64,000 nucleotides of DNA from an uncultured Actinomycetota bacterium (GCA_963753435.1 CAVWCF010000001.1:1376001-1440000); one strand, 5' to 3'. Counted from the first letter of the stretch, positions 1 through 9,929 are shown. Numbers and translations are program-made. The notes: generated by a model from the letters alone, not told the origin.

Positions 1-67
1 CGCCGCGGGCGGCCTGAGAGTCGCGAACGACCTGCGGGTCGTCTCGGTAGATACGCGGGTCCAGCAC
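1..67 (-). CDS. serS: Seryl-tRNA synthetase, N-terminal fragment (runs off the window)
   Basis: Manual translation from GTG at 67 gives MLDPRIYRDDPQVVRDSQAARG, which resembles the actinobacterial SerRS N-terminus; usual position downstream of pheA. Confidence 0.8.
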   Translation of the reverse strand, partial: MLDPRIYRDDPQVVRDSQAARG

Positions 68-97
68 AGCGGGACCCTACCGGCGGTGTCGGCGGAC

Positions 98-1024
98 TCA
101 GTCGGCCCGCAGGCCCCGCAACCACTGCCGCGCCGAGGTGTAGTCCTCATCCCGCACTCGCCGGGTCAAGGTCGGGGTGGCCCCGTCGGAGCGCGCGTAG
201 GAACCCAGGTACCGGACGTCCTGACAAACCCGGCGCAATCCCATCAGCGCCTCACCCATGCGCTCATCGAGCAGGTGTCCTTCAGCGTCGACGCTGAAGA
301 AGTAGGAGCCCAACCGACCACCGGTGGGGCGGGATTCGATCCGAGTCAGGTTGATCCCGCGTACGGCGAACTCGGTGAGGATCTCCAGCAGCGCACCGGG
401 GTGGTCGTCGCCCATGAACAGCGCCAACGTCGTCGTGTCCGCCCCCGTGGGCGCCGGCGGCGGCCCAGCCGGCCGCACGAGAACAAAGCGCGTCTCCGCG
501 CCGGCGGTGTCGCCGATGTCCTCGGCCAGCACCTCAAGTCCGTAGACCTCGGCCGCAAAGGGCGAGGTGACCGCAGCCTCCGCGTGCGGCTGTTCCTCGA
601 CCACGTCGATGGCCGCAGCCGCGTTGGAGGCTGCGGGCACGACGGTTGCTTGCGGCATGTGAGTGGCCAGCCAGGCCCGGGTCTGCGCCTCGGCGTGCGG
701 ATGTGCGGCGACCTTGCGGACCTGCGCCAACTCCCGGCCGGCGACACTGGCCAGGCAGAAGGTGACCGGCAGTCGAATCTCCTGGGCGATGACCAGGGAC
801 CGATCGCCGACCGCCAGCCCGTCGACTGCGGCTGCTACGGCGCCCTCAACGCTGTTCTCCAACGGGATCATGGCCGCGTCGACTTCGCCGCCGCGAACCG
901 CCGCAAGGGCAGCGGGGACCGTGGCGAACGGGACCAGTTCGGCCGAGTCAGTGGAAGCTGCCGCCAGGAGCGCGGCCTCCGCGTAAGTGCCCGCCGGGCC
1001 CAGGTAGCCGTACACGTCAGCCAC
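98..1024 (-). CDS. pheA: Prephenate dehydratase
   Basis: YLGPAGTY start, PLENSVEG, TRF motif, ACT domain with INLTRIESRP, and YLGSY. Confidence 0.95.
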   Translation of the reverse strand: MADVYGYLGPAGTYAEAALLAAASTDSAELVPFATVPAALAAVRGGEVDAAMIPLENSVEGAVAAAVDGLAVGDRSLVIAQEIRLPVTFCLASVAGRELAQVRKVAAHPHAEAQTRAWLATHMPQATVVPAASNAAAAIDVVEEQPHAEAAVTSPFAAEVYGLEVLAEDIGDTAGAETRFVLVRPAGPPPAPTGADTTTLALFMGDDHPGALLEILTEFAVRGINLTRIESRPTGGRLGSYFFSVDAEGHLLDERMGEALMGLRRVCQDVRYLGSYARSDGATPTLTRRVRDEDYTSARQWLRGLRAD

Positions 1025-1514
1025 GAGCGACTCCCTTGTACGCGTGGTCTACCGCCTGCTGTTCTTCCGGCGACAGCTCCACGTCACCGCGGCCGCCGAT
1101 GACGCCGCGGGCGTACGACCGTGACTCGGTGCGTCCGGAGATCGACGTGAGCACCAGTCCGTCGCCGGCGTCGTCGAGCAGCGCGACTGAGAACGAGAAC
1201 CGCCCACCCATGTCGCCGAATGCGTCGTAGCGCACCACAGCCACGTGCCGGATGGCAGCTGAAAGGTCGGTACGCAAGGACCGGGTGTCCACCGTCAGGG
1301 CCGCGACCTCGGAACGCAGCGCGGCCACCTGCTCGCCCTGCCGACTCACTGCCTCCAGGAACGTGCGCCCGTCGCCGGCGTCGTCGAGCACCGTGAGCGC
1401 TCGGCGCAAGCGCGCCGAGCGGATGCTGCTGATCAGCGCAACCAGGACGGCCAGTACCGCAAGCGCTATTGCGACGACAGCGAGGATCGACAGCGTCTGG
1501 TCATCAAGCGTCAC
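1017..1514 (-). CDS. DUF4446-like membrane-anchored protein
   Basis: N-terminal TM helix; VVRYDAFGDMGGRFSFSVALLD and LSPEEQQA motifs; overlaps the pheA start. Confidence 0.8.
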   Translation of the reverse strand: MTLDDQTLSILAVVAIALAVLAVLVALISSIRSARLRRALTVLDDAGDGRTFLEAVSRQGEQVAALRSEVAALTVDTRSLRTDLSAAIRHVAVVRYDAFGDMGGRFSFSVALLDDAGDGLVLTSISGRTESRSYARGVIGGRGDVELSPEEQQAVDHAYKGVARG

Positions 1515-1585
1515 AAGCGTTCTCCTGGCGGCGGCTGAGCCGTTGGGGGCCGCTCAGGGTAGCCGGACGACCGGAGCCGGAACGG

Positions 1586-1630
1586 CGATCAGCGGGGCCG
1601 AAGCGACGTCTCGCCAGGCCCCGCTGATCG
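1586..1630. terminator. Perfect 14-bp inverted repeat (hairpin or terminator)
   Basis: CGATCAGCGGGGCC (1586-1599) pairs with GGCCCCGCTGATCG (1617-1630). Confidence 0.55.
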
Positions 1631-1633
1631 ACT

Positions 1634-1692
1634 CCTCCAGAGGGAAGAGAGGCCCGAACGCCGCCGACGGGGGACACAACGACGTCCGGGCA
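1634..1692 (-). ncRNA. Candidate structured small RNA with two C-rich-loop hairpins (6C-like)
   Basis: Minus strand: CCCGGACGUCGUUG-UGUCCCCCGU-CGGCGGCGUUCGGG, a 14-bp stem that pairs fully only with G-U on this strand, then CCUCU-CUUCCCUCU-GGAGG. Confidence 0.45.
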
Positions 1693-1743
1693 GCTTCACC
1701 GTAGGGTTTCCGGGGCCTCTTGCGCCAACTATTTGCGCCGTTT

Positions 1744-2136
1744 CTAGCGAGGAATCGAGACCGTGACCTCGGTCTGAGCGGGCCCGGAGCAGCGCACAGT
1801 GAGCCGGCCGACGCGGCTGGCCAGCCAAAGTCCGACTCCCGAGGTCGCCCCCGGCGGCGGGGCGTGCTCCGGTGCGCCGAACCCGGTAGCGCAACCGCCG
1901 TCACGGACAGCAACGCGGACGCGATGGTGAGACCAACGGGCTTCCAGGCGGACGGTTCCGTCCGGCAGCGCCCGTCCGTGCAGCGCCGCGTTGGCCAGGA
2001 GCTCGCCCGCAGCCAGTTCGGCGTCCCGGGTCGAGGGTTCAGCGACGCCGTTTGCGGTTAGCGCCTCGACGAGGCGCCGCCTGGTCGCTGCGACCGTCTC
2101 CGGCCCGTGGGCGGGGGTCAGCAGCAGTCGCGTCAC
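1744..2136 (-). CDS. HATPase_c (anti-sigma/RsbW-like) ATP-binding protein
   Basis: ELLANAALHG (N box), VRDGG (G1), SGVGLWL (G2). Confidence 0.8.
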   Translation of the reverse strand: MTRLLLTPAHGPETVAATRRRLVEALTANGVAEPSTRDAELAAGELLANAALHGRALPDGTVRLEARWSHHRVRVAVRDGGCATGFGAPEHAPPPGATSGVGLWLASRVGRLTVRCSGPAQTEVTVSIPR

Positions 2137-2957
2137 GGAGGGTTATCTACCCCATTTGGGCTCGCGCCAAACCCCCGGTCGGCCAGGACCTGCAGGACCC
2201 GGTCGGGGCGATTGCTGATCAGCGCGTCGACCCCCAGGTCCACCGCCCACTCGATGTCCGCCGCATCGTCGACCGTCCAGACGTGCACCTGCCCGCCCGA
2301 CGCGTGCACTCGGCGCACGTAGTGGGGGTTGGTACGCAGGGCGGCCAGCGACGGCCCGGCAGCCGCCACCCGTCCGGGCAACGCACCACGACGCAGCCGC
2401 CAAGGCAACTCCTTCATCAGCAACACGGTGGGCAACGCCGGCGCCAGGCGGTGGACCCGGCGCACGGCGGCCAGGGAGAAGGACATGACCCGCACCAGGG
2501 ACGCCTCCGGATCCTCCGGTCGGGCCAGCCCGAAGTCCTCCAGGACTTCGACCAGGCGCTCCTCCACGTATCCGCCGTAGCGGGTGGGGTGCTTGGTCTC
2601 GATCGCCAACCGGACCGGTCGGGACGCTGTGGTGGCCTCGGTCAGCAAGCCCGCCAACGTCAGTACCTCCGTTGGTGCGGCCGGGTCCTCGTAGTCGGCC
2701 ATGTCCTCGCGGTGCGCACCGAAGTCCAGTTCCGCCAACTCGTCCAGGCGCATGGTGGACACGACGCCGCGTTCTTGCGCGAGACGGTCGGTACGTCGGT
2801 CGTGCACGCAAACGGGCACCCCGTCGGCGGTCAACCGAACGTCCACCTCGATTCCGTCGACACCCGCCGCGATCGCGTGCCGCACGGCCGACAGGGTGTT
2901 CTCCGGTCGCTCGCTGGAGAACCCGCGGTGGGCGATGACTTCGGGCCGCTTCATCAA
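2133..2957 (-). CDS. Glycerophosphodiester phosphodiesterase
   Basis: IAHRG, PENT, EVDVRLTADG, IETKHP and VWTVD motifs. Confidence 0.92.
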   Translation of the reverse strand: MMKRPEVIAHRGFSSERPENTLSAVRHAIAAGVDGIEVDVRLTADGVPVCVHDRRTDRLAQERGVVSTMRLDELAELDFGAHREDMADYEDPAAPTEVLTLAGLLTEATTASRPVRLAIETKHPTRYGGYVEERLVEVLEDFGLARPEDPEASLVRVMSFSLAAVRRVHRLAPALPTVLLMKELPWRLRRGALPGRVAAAGPSLAALRTNPHYVRRVHASGGQVHVWTVDDAADIEWAVDLGVDALISNRPDRVLQVLADRGFGASPNGVDNPP

Positions 2958-2969
2958 CTCCGACCGCCC

Positions 2970-4256
2970 TCAGCCGACCAGCACGCCCGGGTTCAGCAAC
3001 CCGTTCGGATCCAGCGCCGTCTTGATGGAACGCATCGCTTCGATCTCCGCTTCGGATCGGGTCATCGACAAGTACTGGCGCTTGGCCCGGCCCACACCGT
3101 GCTCGGCGCTGATGGATCCACCCGCGGCCGCAACCGCCTGCAGGACTGCGGCGTCGACCGATTCATCGTCAGCGTCCGGTCCCAGCACGTTGACGTGCAG
3201 GTTGCCCACACCCAGGTGCCCATAGACGAAAGCCTGCGCCGGCGGCGGGGCCACCTGGGGCAAGGACGCCACGAAACCGGCCAACGCCACCAGCGGCAAC
3301 GCCACGTCCATCTTGTGCACGACCCCGGTAGCCGCGATCGCCTCCGGTGCGCTCTCGCGGTACTGCCACAACCGCACGTCGCCGGCGACCGCGTCGATCG
3401 AGTCCGGCACTCGCGGCGTCCCGACAACGTCAAGAAGTACATAGCCCGGCCAGTGCCTGGACAGCGGATCCGGCAGGCCAGTCACCTGCTGGGTGATGCG
3501 CAGAGTCGCGTCGTCGAAGTACTCCGCTGCCAAGAGTGCGGGCTGGTCCAAGAGGTCGAGTGCCGCATCGATGCCGGCGACGCCGGCCAGCACGAGCGTC
3601 GATTTCGGTGGCGGTGGCACGAGTCGCAACCGGGCCGCGGTGATGACACCGAGAGTGCCTTCGTTGCCGACCATGAGCCCGGCCAGGTCGTAGCCGGAGG
3701 AATCGACCAGCGGTCCGGCGGTGCTGTCGATGAGCGAACCATCGGCGAGCACCGCCTGCACGCCGCTCACCTGCGCGCGCGTGTCCCCGTACGCAAGCAC
3801 GCGTAGACCGCCGGCGTTGGTCGCCAGCGTTCCGCCGACGGTGGCGGAGTCGCGGGCCCCGAGATCCACCCCGTAGCGAAGCCCGGCCGCGGTGGCGTGG
3901 CGTTGCAGGGCCGACAGCGTCTCGCCGGCGCCCGCCACGACGCTGCGAGCGCGGGTGTCGACCTCACCAAGACCAGTCAGTCCCCGCAGGCTCAGCACCA
4001 CCTGCGGACGGCCGTTGTCGGCCCCTGGCACAGCGGCTCCCACCAGGCCGGTGTTGCCGCCCTGCGGGATGACGGCTGCGGCGTGGTCGGCACAGACGGA
4101 CAGCACGGCGGCCACCTCGTCGGCGGTCTGCGGTCGCGCCACCGCGACAGCCGGACCGCTGAACCGCCGGGTCCAGTCCGTTGTGTAGCCAGCGACCACA
4201 GCCGGGTCGGTCACGACGTCGCGAACCACGGCGCGCAGATCCGCAACCAGGTTCAC
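2970..4256 (-). CDS. FAD-linked oxidase (GlcD / D-2-hydroxyacid dehydrogenase family)
   Basis: PQGGNTGLVG, GNEGTLGVIT, GHLGVGNLH, SISAEHGVG, LDPNGLLNPG; start moved to GTG 4256. Confidence 0.88.
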   Translation of the reverse strand: MNLVADLRAVVRDVVTDPAVVAGYTTDWTRRFSGPAVAVARPQTADEVAAVLSVCADHAAAVIPQGGNTGLVGAAVPGADNGRPQVVLSLRGLTGLGEVDTRARSVVAGAGETLSALQRHATAAGLRYGVDLGARDSATVGGTLATNAGGLRVLAYGDTRAQVSGVQAVLADGSLIDSTAGPLVDSSGYDLAGLMVGNEGTLGVITAARLRLVPPPPKSTLVLAGVAGIDAALDLLDQPALLAAEYFDDATLRITQQVTGLPDPLSRHWPGYVLLDVVGTPRVPDSIDAVAGDVRLWQYRESAPEAIAATGVVHKMDVALPLVALAGFVASLPQVAPPPAQAFVYGHLGVGNLHVNVLGPDADDESVDAAVLQAVAAAGGSISAEHGVGRAKRQYLSMTRSEAEIEAMRSIKTALDPNGLLNPGVLVG

Positions 4257-4357
4257 GGCCGCAAGTCTGGCGGAAACTTGCACCTGGGTACGCGCACTGC
4301 CATTCCCGCACGCCGTACCAGCACGTTGCGGCAGGGTGAGACCGGAAAGGGGCGGCG

Positions 4358-5272
4358 ATGCGTTTCGGAATGGTGGGACTCGGGCGGATGGGCGCGGGGT
4401 TGTCCCGCCGAGCTGCCCAGGGCGGTCACGAGGTGGTGGCGTTCGACCAGGACGAGTCGGTGCGAGCCGCGCTGGGCGCCGAATCGAACATCGAGACGGT
4501 GGCATCGCTGTCGGCACTCGTTACCGCCTTGCCGCAGCCGCGGACTGTCTGGTTGATGCTGCCGGCCGGGGAAATCACCGAGTCCGTGCTGCGCCAGGTC
4601 GCGGACCTGCTCGGTCGCGGTGACCTGATCATCGAAGGGGGCAACTCCCACTACCCGGACTCCCAACGGCGCGGCCAGGAACTGGCCGAACGCGGAATCA
4701 GTTTCGTGGACGCCGGGGTGTCCGGTGGGGTCTGGGGTCTGACCGAGGGCTTCGGTCTCATGGTCGGCGGCAGCGCACAGTCGGTGGCGCACGTGGAACC
4801 CCTGCTACGCAGCCTGGCCCCCACTCCCGACACCGGCTGGGTGCACGCTGGCGATGTCGGCGCCGGGCACTTCACGAAGATGGTGCACAACGGCATCGAG
4901 TACGGGCTCATGCAGGCCTACGCCGAAGGCTTCGCTGTCCTGCAGGCCAAACCCGAGTTCGACATCGACGTGGCCGCGGTCGCCGAGGCCTGGCGCTACG
5001 GGACGGTGATCCGGTCGTGGCTGCTGGATCTGATGGCGCAGGCGCTGTCCGCCGACGACCTGGACGAGATTGCCCCGGTCGTGGCCGACTCCGGGGAGGG
5101 TCGGTGGACGGTCAAGGAGTCGGTGGACCTTGGCATTCCCGCACCGGTCATCAGCGCCGCGTTGACGGCACGGTTCGCCAGTCAGGGCGATGCGGACCTG
5201 GCCAATCGCCTGCTTGCCGCCACCCGTCGCGGCTTCGGCGGCCATGCCGTCATGCCGGAGCCGCCGGACTGA
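4358..5272 (+). CDS. gnd: 6-phosphogluconate dehydrogenase (decarboxylating, short YqeC type)
   Basis: GLGRMG, DAGVSGGVWG, KMVHNGIEYG, DSGEGRWT, FGGH. Confidence 0.93.
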   Translation: MRFGMVGLGRMGAGLSRRAAQGGHEVVAFDQDESVRAALGAESNIETVASLSALVTALPQPRTVWLMLPAGEITESVLRQVADLLGRGDLIIEGGNSHYPDSQRRGQELAERGISFVDAGVSGGVWGLTEGFGLMVGGSAQSVAHVEPLLRSLAPTPDTGWVHAGDVGAGHFTKMVHNGIEYGLMQAYAEGFAVLQAKPEFDIDVAAVAEAWRYGTVIRSWLLDLMAQALSADDLDEIAPVVADSGEGRWTVKESVDLGIPAPVISAALTARFASQGDADLANRLLAATRRGFGGHAVMPEPPD

Positions 5273-5951
5273 GCGCAGCCTGGTCCGTAACGAGTACCGC
5301 GCCCGGTGGGATCACCTGGGCAGCGATGCTGCCCGGATCGGACGCGAGCAGCGCGGCGACGGCGTCGGTCTTGCCAGGCCCCGTGGCCAGAACCACGCAG
5401 GTGCGCGCGGCCGACAGAACCGGTGCGGTCAGCGTCACCCGACGATGACCCCGGTAGGCGCCGGTGGCGGTAGCGAACTTCTGCCGCTCCAGCCGCGCCG
5501 GGTCGCCGGGGACGAGCGAGGCGGTATGCCCGTCATCGCCCAGCCCCAGGTGCAGCACGTCGAGCACCGGTGGGTCGCCGCCAACGCCGACGAGGGTCGC
5601 CGCGTAGGCAGCAGCGGATTCGTCCAGGTCCGAGCCGATGGGGATCAGATGCACCTGCCCGCTCGGGATCACGTCGATCAAGGGCAGCAACGAACTCGCG
5701 TTGCGCTCAGCGCTACCCGCGGCGACTTGACGCTCGTCGACCTGAAACAACTCGACCTCGGCAAAGGGCACGGGCAGCTCGGCTAGGTAGCGCAACATCG
5801 GCGCTGGGGTGCTCCCGCCGCTGACGGCCAGCAGCGCCCGGCCGCGCTCGGACACCGCGGCTACCAAAGCGTCGGCGAGCAATTCGGCCGCGACCGCGGC
5901 CGCCGCATCCGCAGTGGGACAGGCAATAACGCTGCCCGGGGCCGTACTCAT
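5250..5951 (-). CDS. pgl: 6-phosphogluconolactonase
   Basis: SGGSTP, VDER, LGLGDDGHTASL, RVTLT; follows zwf. Confidence 0.88.
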   Translation of the reverse strand: MSTAPGSVIACPTADAAAAVAAELLADALVAAVSERGRALLAVSGGSTPAPMLRYLAELPVPFAEVELFQVDERQVAAGSAERNASSLLPLIDVIPSGQVHLIPIGSDLDESAAAYAATLVGVGGDPPVLDVLHLGLGDDGHTASLVPGDPARLERQKFATATGAYRGHRRVTLTAPVLSAARTCVVLATGPGKTDAVAALLASDPGSIAAQVIPPGAVLVTDQAALSPAAPA

Positions 5952-5974
5952 TGAGCCGTACTCATCGGGGCCTG

Positions 5975-7363
5975 TCACTCGGCCGGTTCATGCCAGCCGC
6001 CCACATCAGCAGCCAGGGCGTCACCGGCTGACGGGCCCCAGGTGCCCTGCCGGTAGGAGTCCGGGGAGCCGGCGGCGCCGTCCAGCAGCGGGTCGACGAT
6101 GCGCCACGCCTCCGCAACAGCATCGGAACGGGCGAACAGGGTCTGGTCCCCGTCAAGGGCGTCCCCGATCAAGCGCTCGTAGGCAGTGGCATGTGCGGCG
6201 GAGTCGTCCACGGTGAGTAGTTCCACGTTGCGCCCGGCCATGTCCTCGCCGGGCCGCTTGACCCGGTTGCCAAGAGCGATCGTGATCCGATCCGGACCCA
6301 ACCGGAAGCGGACGTGGTTGGTGTCACGAGGCAGGGTCTCGTCGAACACCCGGTGCGGCGGCCGGTGGAAGGTGACCAGGACCTCGGTCGCGGTCACCGG
6401 TAGGCCCTTACCCGCGCGAACCAGGAAGGGCACCCCGGCCCACCGCCAGGAGTCGACGTTGAGGCGAACCGCTGCGTAGGTCTCGGTGTCCGATTCGGCC
6501 GCGACCCCGTCGACTTCGCGATAACCCTCGTACTGCCCACGCACGAGGTCAGCCGGTCCCGGTGCGGTGATGGCGCGCAACACCTTGACCCGTTCGTCGC
6601 GAACCGCGGCCGAGTCCATGCCCACCGGTGGCTCCATCGCCAGCAGGGAAACCACTTGCAGCAAGTGGTTCTGCACCACATCGCGCACCGCGCCGAGTTC
6701 CTCATACAGGGCGCCGCGGCCGCGAACCCCGAACGCCTCAGCCATCGTCACCTGCACGCTGGAGACATAGGTGCGGTTCCACAACGGTTCCCACACCGAG
6801 TTGGCGAACCGGAAGTACAGGAGGTTCTGCACCGACTCTTTGCCGAGGTAGTGATCGATCCGGAAGATCGACTCCTCGGCAAAGGCCCGGTGCAGCACTG
6901 CGTCCAACTCGCGCATCGAGTCGAGGTCGCGCCCGTACGGCTTCTCCACGACCACGCGGCCACCCCGGATCGCGTCGGCGGACTCCAAGTGCTCAACCAC
7001 GTCGTCGAACAGGCTTGGTGGGATGGCCAGGTAGAAGAGGGGCCGCTCGGCTTGCCCCAATGCCTGCCGCAGCCGCTCGAAAGTGGCCGGGTCGGAGTAG
7101 TCGCCCGCGACGAAGCGCAGGTTCTTCTCGATCTGGTCCAGGGCGTCGTTGTCCGGACTGCCGAACTCCGCGACGCTGTCGACGATGCGGTCGCGCAGCC
7201 AGGACTCCGACCGATCGCCGCGCGCGACGCCGATTATCGGGATGTCCAGGCGGCCGGCCTGCATGAGCGACTGCAACGCCGGGAAGATCTTTCGGTAGGA
7301 GAGGTCACCCGTGACCCCGAAAAGCACCAGGGCGTCACAAGAGCCACCGACCGACACGCTCAT
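5975..7363 (-). CDS. zwf: Glucose-6-phosphate 1-dehydrogenase
   Basis: [23 protein letters not shown] signature, QNHLLQ. Confidence 0.95.
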   Translation of the reverse strand: MSVSVGGSCDALVLFGVTGDLSYRKIFPALQSLMQAGRLDIPIIGVARGDRSESWLRDRIVDSVAEFGSPDNDALDQIEKNLRFVAGDYSDPATFERLRQALGQAERPLFYLAIPPSLFDDVVEHLESADAIRGGRVVVEKPYGRDLDSMRELDAVLHRAFAEESIFRIDHYLGKESVQNLLYFRFANSVWEPLWNRTYVSSVQVTMAEAFGVRGRGALYEELGAVRDVVQNHLLQVVSLLAMEPPVGMDSAAVRDERVKVLRAITAPGPADLVRGQYEGYREVDGVAAESDTETYAAVRLNVDSWRWAGVPFLVRAGKGLPVTATEVLVTFHRPPHRVFDETLPRDTNHVRFRLGPDRITIALGNRVKRPGEDMAGRNVELLTVDDSAAHATAYERLIGDALDGDQTLFARSDAVAEAWRIVDPLLDGAAGSPDSYRQGTWGPSAGDALAADVGGWHEPAE

Positions 7364-7466
7364 GGCCCGACCTTAGGACGGACCGGGTGCATCTGCCCGG
7401 GGCGCATTGCCGGAAGAAGGGGTGACAGCAAGGCCAACACGGCCCCTACCCCCTCCAGGAGCAACC

Positions 7467-8009
7467 ATGCGCATCTCGACCCGAGTGGCCGCGCTCACCG
7501 CCGCCACCGCCCTCACCCTCGGCGGTGTGGCTCTCGCCGCCCCCGCCGCCACCGCAGCTGAGCCCAAGGGCAAGGCAAAGGGCTACACATCTGTCGTTCT
7601 GGACGCCACCGCAGCCGGAGCCATCCTCGGCCCGCTGGGCGGCGGTCTGCTGACCCCCGGTGCGATCGACCTCGGCGCCGGCTCCGTCGGGTTCCCGATC
7701 GTGGGCAACTCCAAGGGCGGCGTCATCAAGCACGTCGGCGGCCTGTCGTTCTCCGGCGCCAACACCGTGGAGATCCGCAACTTCTACATCGACACCAACG
7801 AGCTCGGCCCGGACGGCGGGGCCCTGTCCGCAGAGGTGTTCGTGAACGGCGACTCCCTCGGGCGCGCACCCGTGTTCAACGTCTCCGAAACCCTTGAGGT
7901 CACGTTGACCGACTTCGCCGCCGGCGCGCTGAGCGCCCTCGTTCTGGACTCCCCCGGGGCCATCCCCGGCGGCTTCCTGATCGGCCAGGCGGCTGTGAAC
8001 GCTCGCTGA
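7467..8009 (+). CDS. Secreted beta-rich hypothetical protein
   Basis: AGGAG RBS, signal peptide ending APAATA-AE, strong GC3 codon bias, own terminator. Confidence 0.8.
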   Translation: MRISTRVAALTAATALTLGGVALAAPAATAAEPKGKAKGYTSVVLDATAAGAILGPLGGGLLTPGAIDLGAGSVGFPIVGNSKGGVIKHVGGLSFSGANTVEIRNFYIDTNELGPDGGALSAEVFVNGDSLGRAPVFNVSETLEVTLTDFAAGALSALVLDSPGAIPGGFLIGQAAVNAR

Positions 8010-8019
8010 CCCAACCCGC

Positions 8020-8064
8020 AACCGGATCCCTCGCGCGCCCCAGCGCGGGGGATCCGGTTCTTTT
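8020..8064 (+). terminator. Intrinsic terminator
   Basis: AACCGGATCCC...GGGATCCGGTT stem followed by CTTTT. Confidence 0.8.
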
Positions 8065-8074
8065 CGCGGACCGA

Positions 8075-8939
8075 CTACTTCAGCAGCCGGGACAGCCGCC
8101 GGTCGGCCAACCGCTTGCCGCCGGTCTGACAAGTCGCGCAGTACTGCAATGCGGAGTCCGCGAAGGACACCTCACGCACCTGGTCCCCACACGCCGGGCA
8201 GTCGTGTCCGGTGCGTCCGTGCACACGCATACCCATCCGCTTACCGTCCTTCAGTTGGGCGGCCTCCAGCCCGCGGGCGGCCTCGACTGCGCCCAACAGC
8301 ACGTCCCGCAGGGCCCCGATAGAGGACCTGGGACTCGTCTGAAGACAGGCCGCCGGCGGGCTTGAACGGCGACATGCGCGCCGCATGCAGAACCTCGTCG
8401 CTGTAGGCGTTACCCACCCCCGCGATCAGGCCCTGATCGCGGAGCAATCCCTTCAGTTGCTTCCGCGGATGGGCCTGCAAGATGGCGTCGAAGGCCACCT
8501 GATCGAACTCGTCGGCCAGTGGGTCGGGCCCGAGCCGGGCCACGCCCGGCACGTCGGCGGGGTTCAGCACCACGCTCACTGACAGGCGCTTCTGGGTGCC
8601 CGCTTCCGTGACGTCGAAGCCGCTGCCGTCGTCCAGGCGCACCCTTAGCGCCAGCGGGCCCTTTCCCGGCTTGGCCGGGGTCTGGGGCAGTTGTTCGCTC
8701 CAGCGGATCCACCCACCGCGGGCGAGGTGGATCACCAGATGCACGCCGTCGGCATCCAAGTCCAGGAACTTGCCGTGCCGCCGGACGCCGTTGATCGCCA
8801 GGCCAGCCATCGCCGTCACCGGCGGGTCGAAGGTCTTGAGCGCATTGATGGCGGCCACCTCCACGCCGGCCACGTGCCGGCCGCGGCAGCGGTCGGTCAG
8901 GAACTCCGCCAGCGCCTGCACCTCGGGTAGTTCGGGCAC
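8075..8939 (-). pseudogene. Fpg/Nei family DNA glycosylase with a +1 frameshift (real or sequencing error)
   Basis: MPELPEV start, RHGKFL and H2TH motif GVGNAYSDE in one frame; the zinc finger CPAC...CATCQTGG is in another frame; removing one base of the C4 run at 8314-8317 joins them. Confidence 0.8.
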
Positions 8940-9037
8940 TGCTGGAGTCTCGCACCGTTACTCCATTCGGGTGAACGGGCCGTTCGGGGGCGCCGTGTCG
9001 GTTTCAAGTGCTCCGCGGGCGGGCCGAAACCGGGAAG

Positions 9038-9880
9038 GTGAACCGACTCCTCCGCGCCATCGCCGTGACCCTCGCCCTGCTGCTTTCGGGGGGAGGCCTG
9101 GCCGTCGTGGCTGCGACGGCACCGGCGCAGGCGGGCACGTCGTTCTACAGCCTGATCAACTCCGCTCGCGCCGCGAAGGGACTGCCGGGGCTGAAGTCGG
9201 ACAGTTCGCTGGCAGCGGTCGCGCTGGCGCACAGCAAGAAGATGGCCAGCTCCGGCAAGCTGTACCACAACCCATCGCTGGGATCGCAGGTCTCCGGCTA
9301 CAAGCTGCTGGGCGAGAACGTCGGATACGGACCGAATGAGTCCACCATCCACAAGGCGTTCATGAACTCCTCCGGTCACCGCGCCAACATTCTGAACAGC
9401 AAGTACACCCAGGTGGGTGTGGGCGTGGTTGCGGACAGCAACGGCCGGCTGTGGGTGACGGAGGTCTTCCGCCAGCCGACGACCGCGGCGAAGGCGGCAC
9501 CCGCGCCAGCACCCAAGCCCACGAAGAAGGCCGCACCGGCGCCAGCGCCGAAGCCGACGAAGAAGGCGGCACCGGCGCCCAAGCCCACCAAGAAGGCGGC
9601 ACCGGCGCCCAAGCCAAGCCCCAAGCCGACGAAGAAGGCGGCCCCGGCGCCAGCACCCAAGCCCACCCCGACTCCAACGCCCACGCCGACACCCACGCCG
9701 ACACCGACCAAGGTGGGCCCGGTGGCCGCGCAGGTGAACGCCGAAGCCTGGTTCGCTGGGAACGCGCCCACGGAGATCAAGCCGATCGAGCGGCCAAGCC
9801 AGCCCTCTCCCGGCGTCGTGCTCGCCGCCTTCGGGGCCGCTGTGCTGGCCGGGCTGGGTCTGCGTCTGCCGCTGGGCTGA
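9038..9880 (+). CDS. Secreted CAP (SCP) domain protein with Pro/Ala/Lys-rich stalk and C-terminal hydrophobic segment
   Basis: Signal peptide; [26 protein letters not shown]; ([10 protein letters not shown])n and (PT)n linker. Confidence 0.88.
   Translation: MNRLLRAIAVTLALLLSGGGLAVVAATAPAQAGTSFYSLINSARAAKGLPGLKSDSSLAAVALAHSKKMASSGKLYHNPSLGSQVSGYKLLGENVGYGPNESTIHKAFMNSSGHRANILNSKYTQVGVGVVADSNGRLWVTEVFRQPTTAAKAAPAPAPKPTKKAAPAPAPKPTKKAAPAPKPTKKAAPAPKPSPKPTKKAAPAPAPKPTPTPTPTPTPTPTPTKVGPVAAQVNAEAWFAGNAPTEIKPIERPSQPSPGVVLAAFGAAVLAGLGLRLPLG
9491..9711 (+). repeat. Intragenic imperfect tandem repeats encoding [10 protein letters not shown](AP) and a PT tract
   Basis: Repeated aagcc(c/g)ac(g/c)aagaaggc(g/c)gcaccggcgcc units. 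Confidence 0.85.
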
Positions 9881-9929
9881 TCCGCCAGTTCCGCCTACGA
9901 CCACCGACGTCAATGGGCAAGATGCCCGC

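Noticed and set aside
9491-9711. Tandem repeats as a possible CRISPR array
   Set aside because: In-frame coding repeats with no unique spacers; no cas genes in the window.
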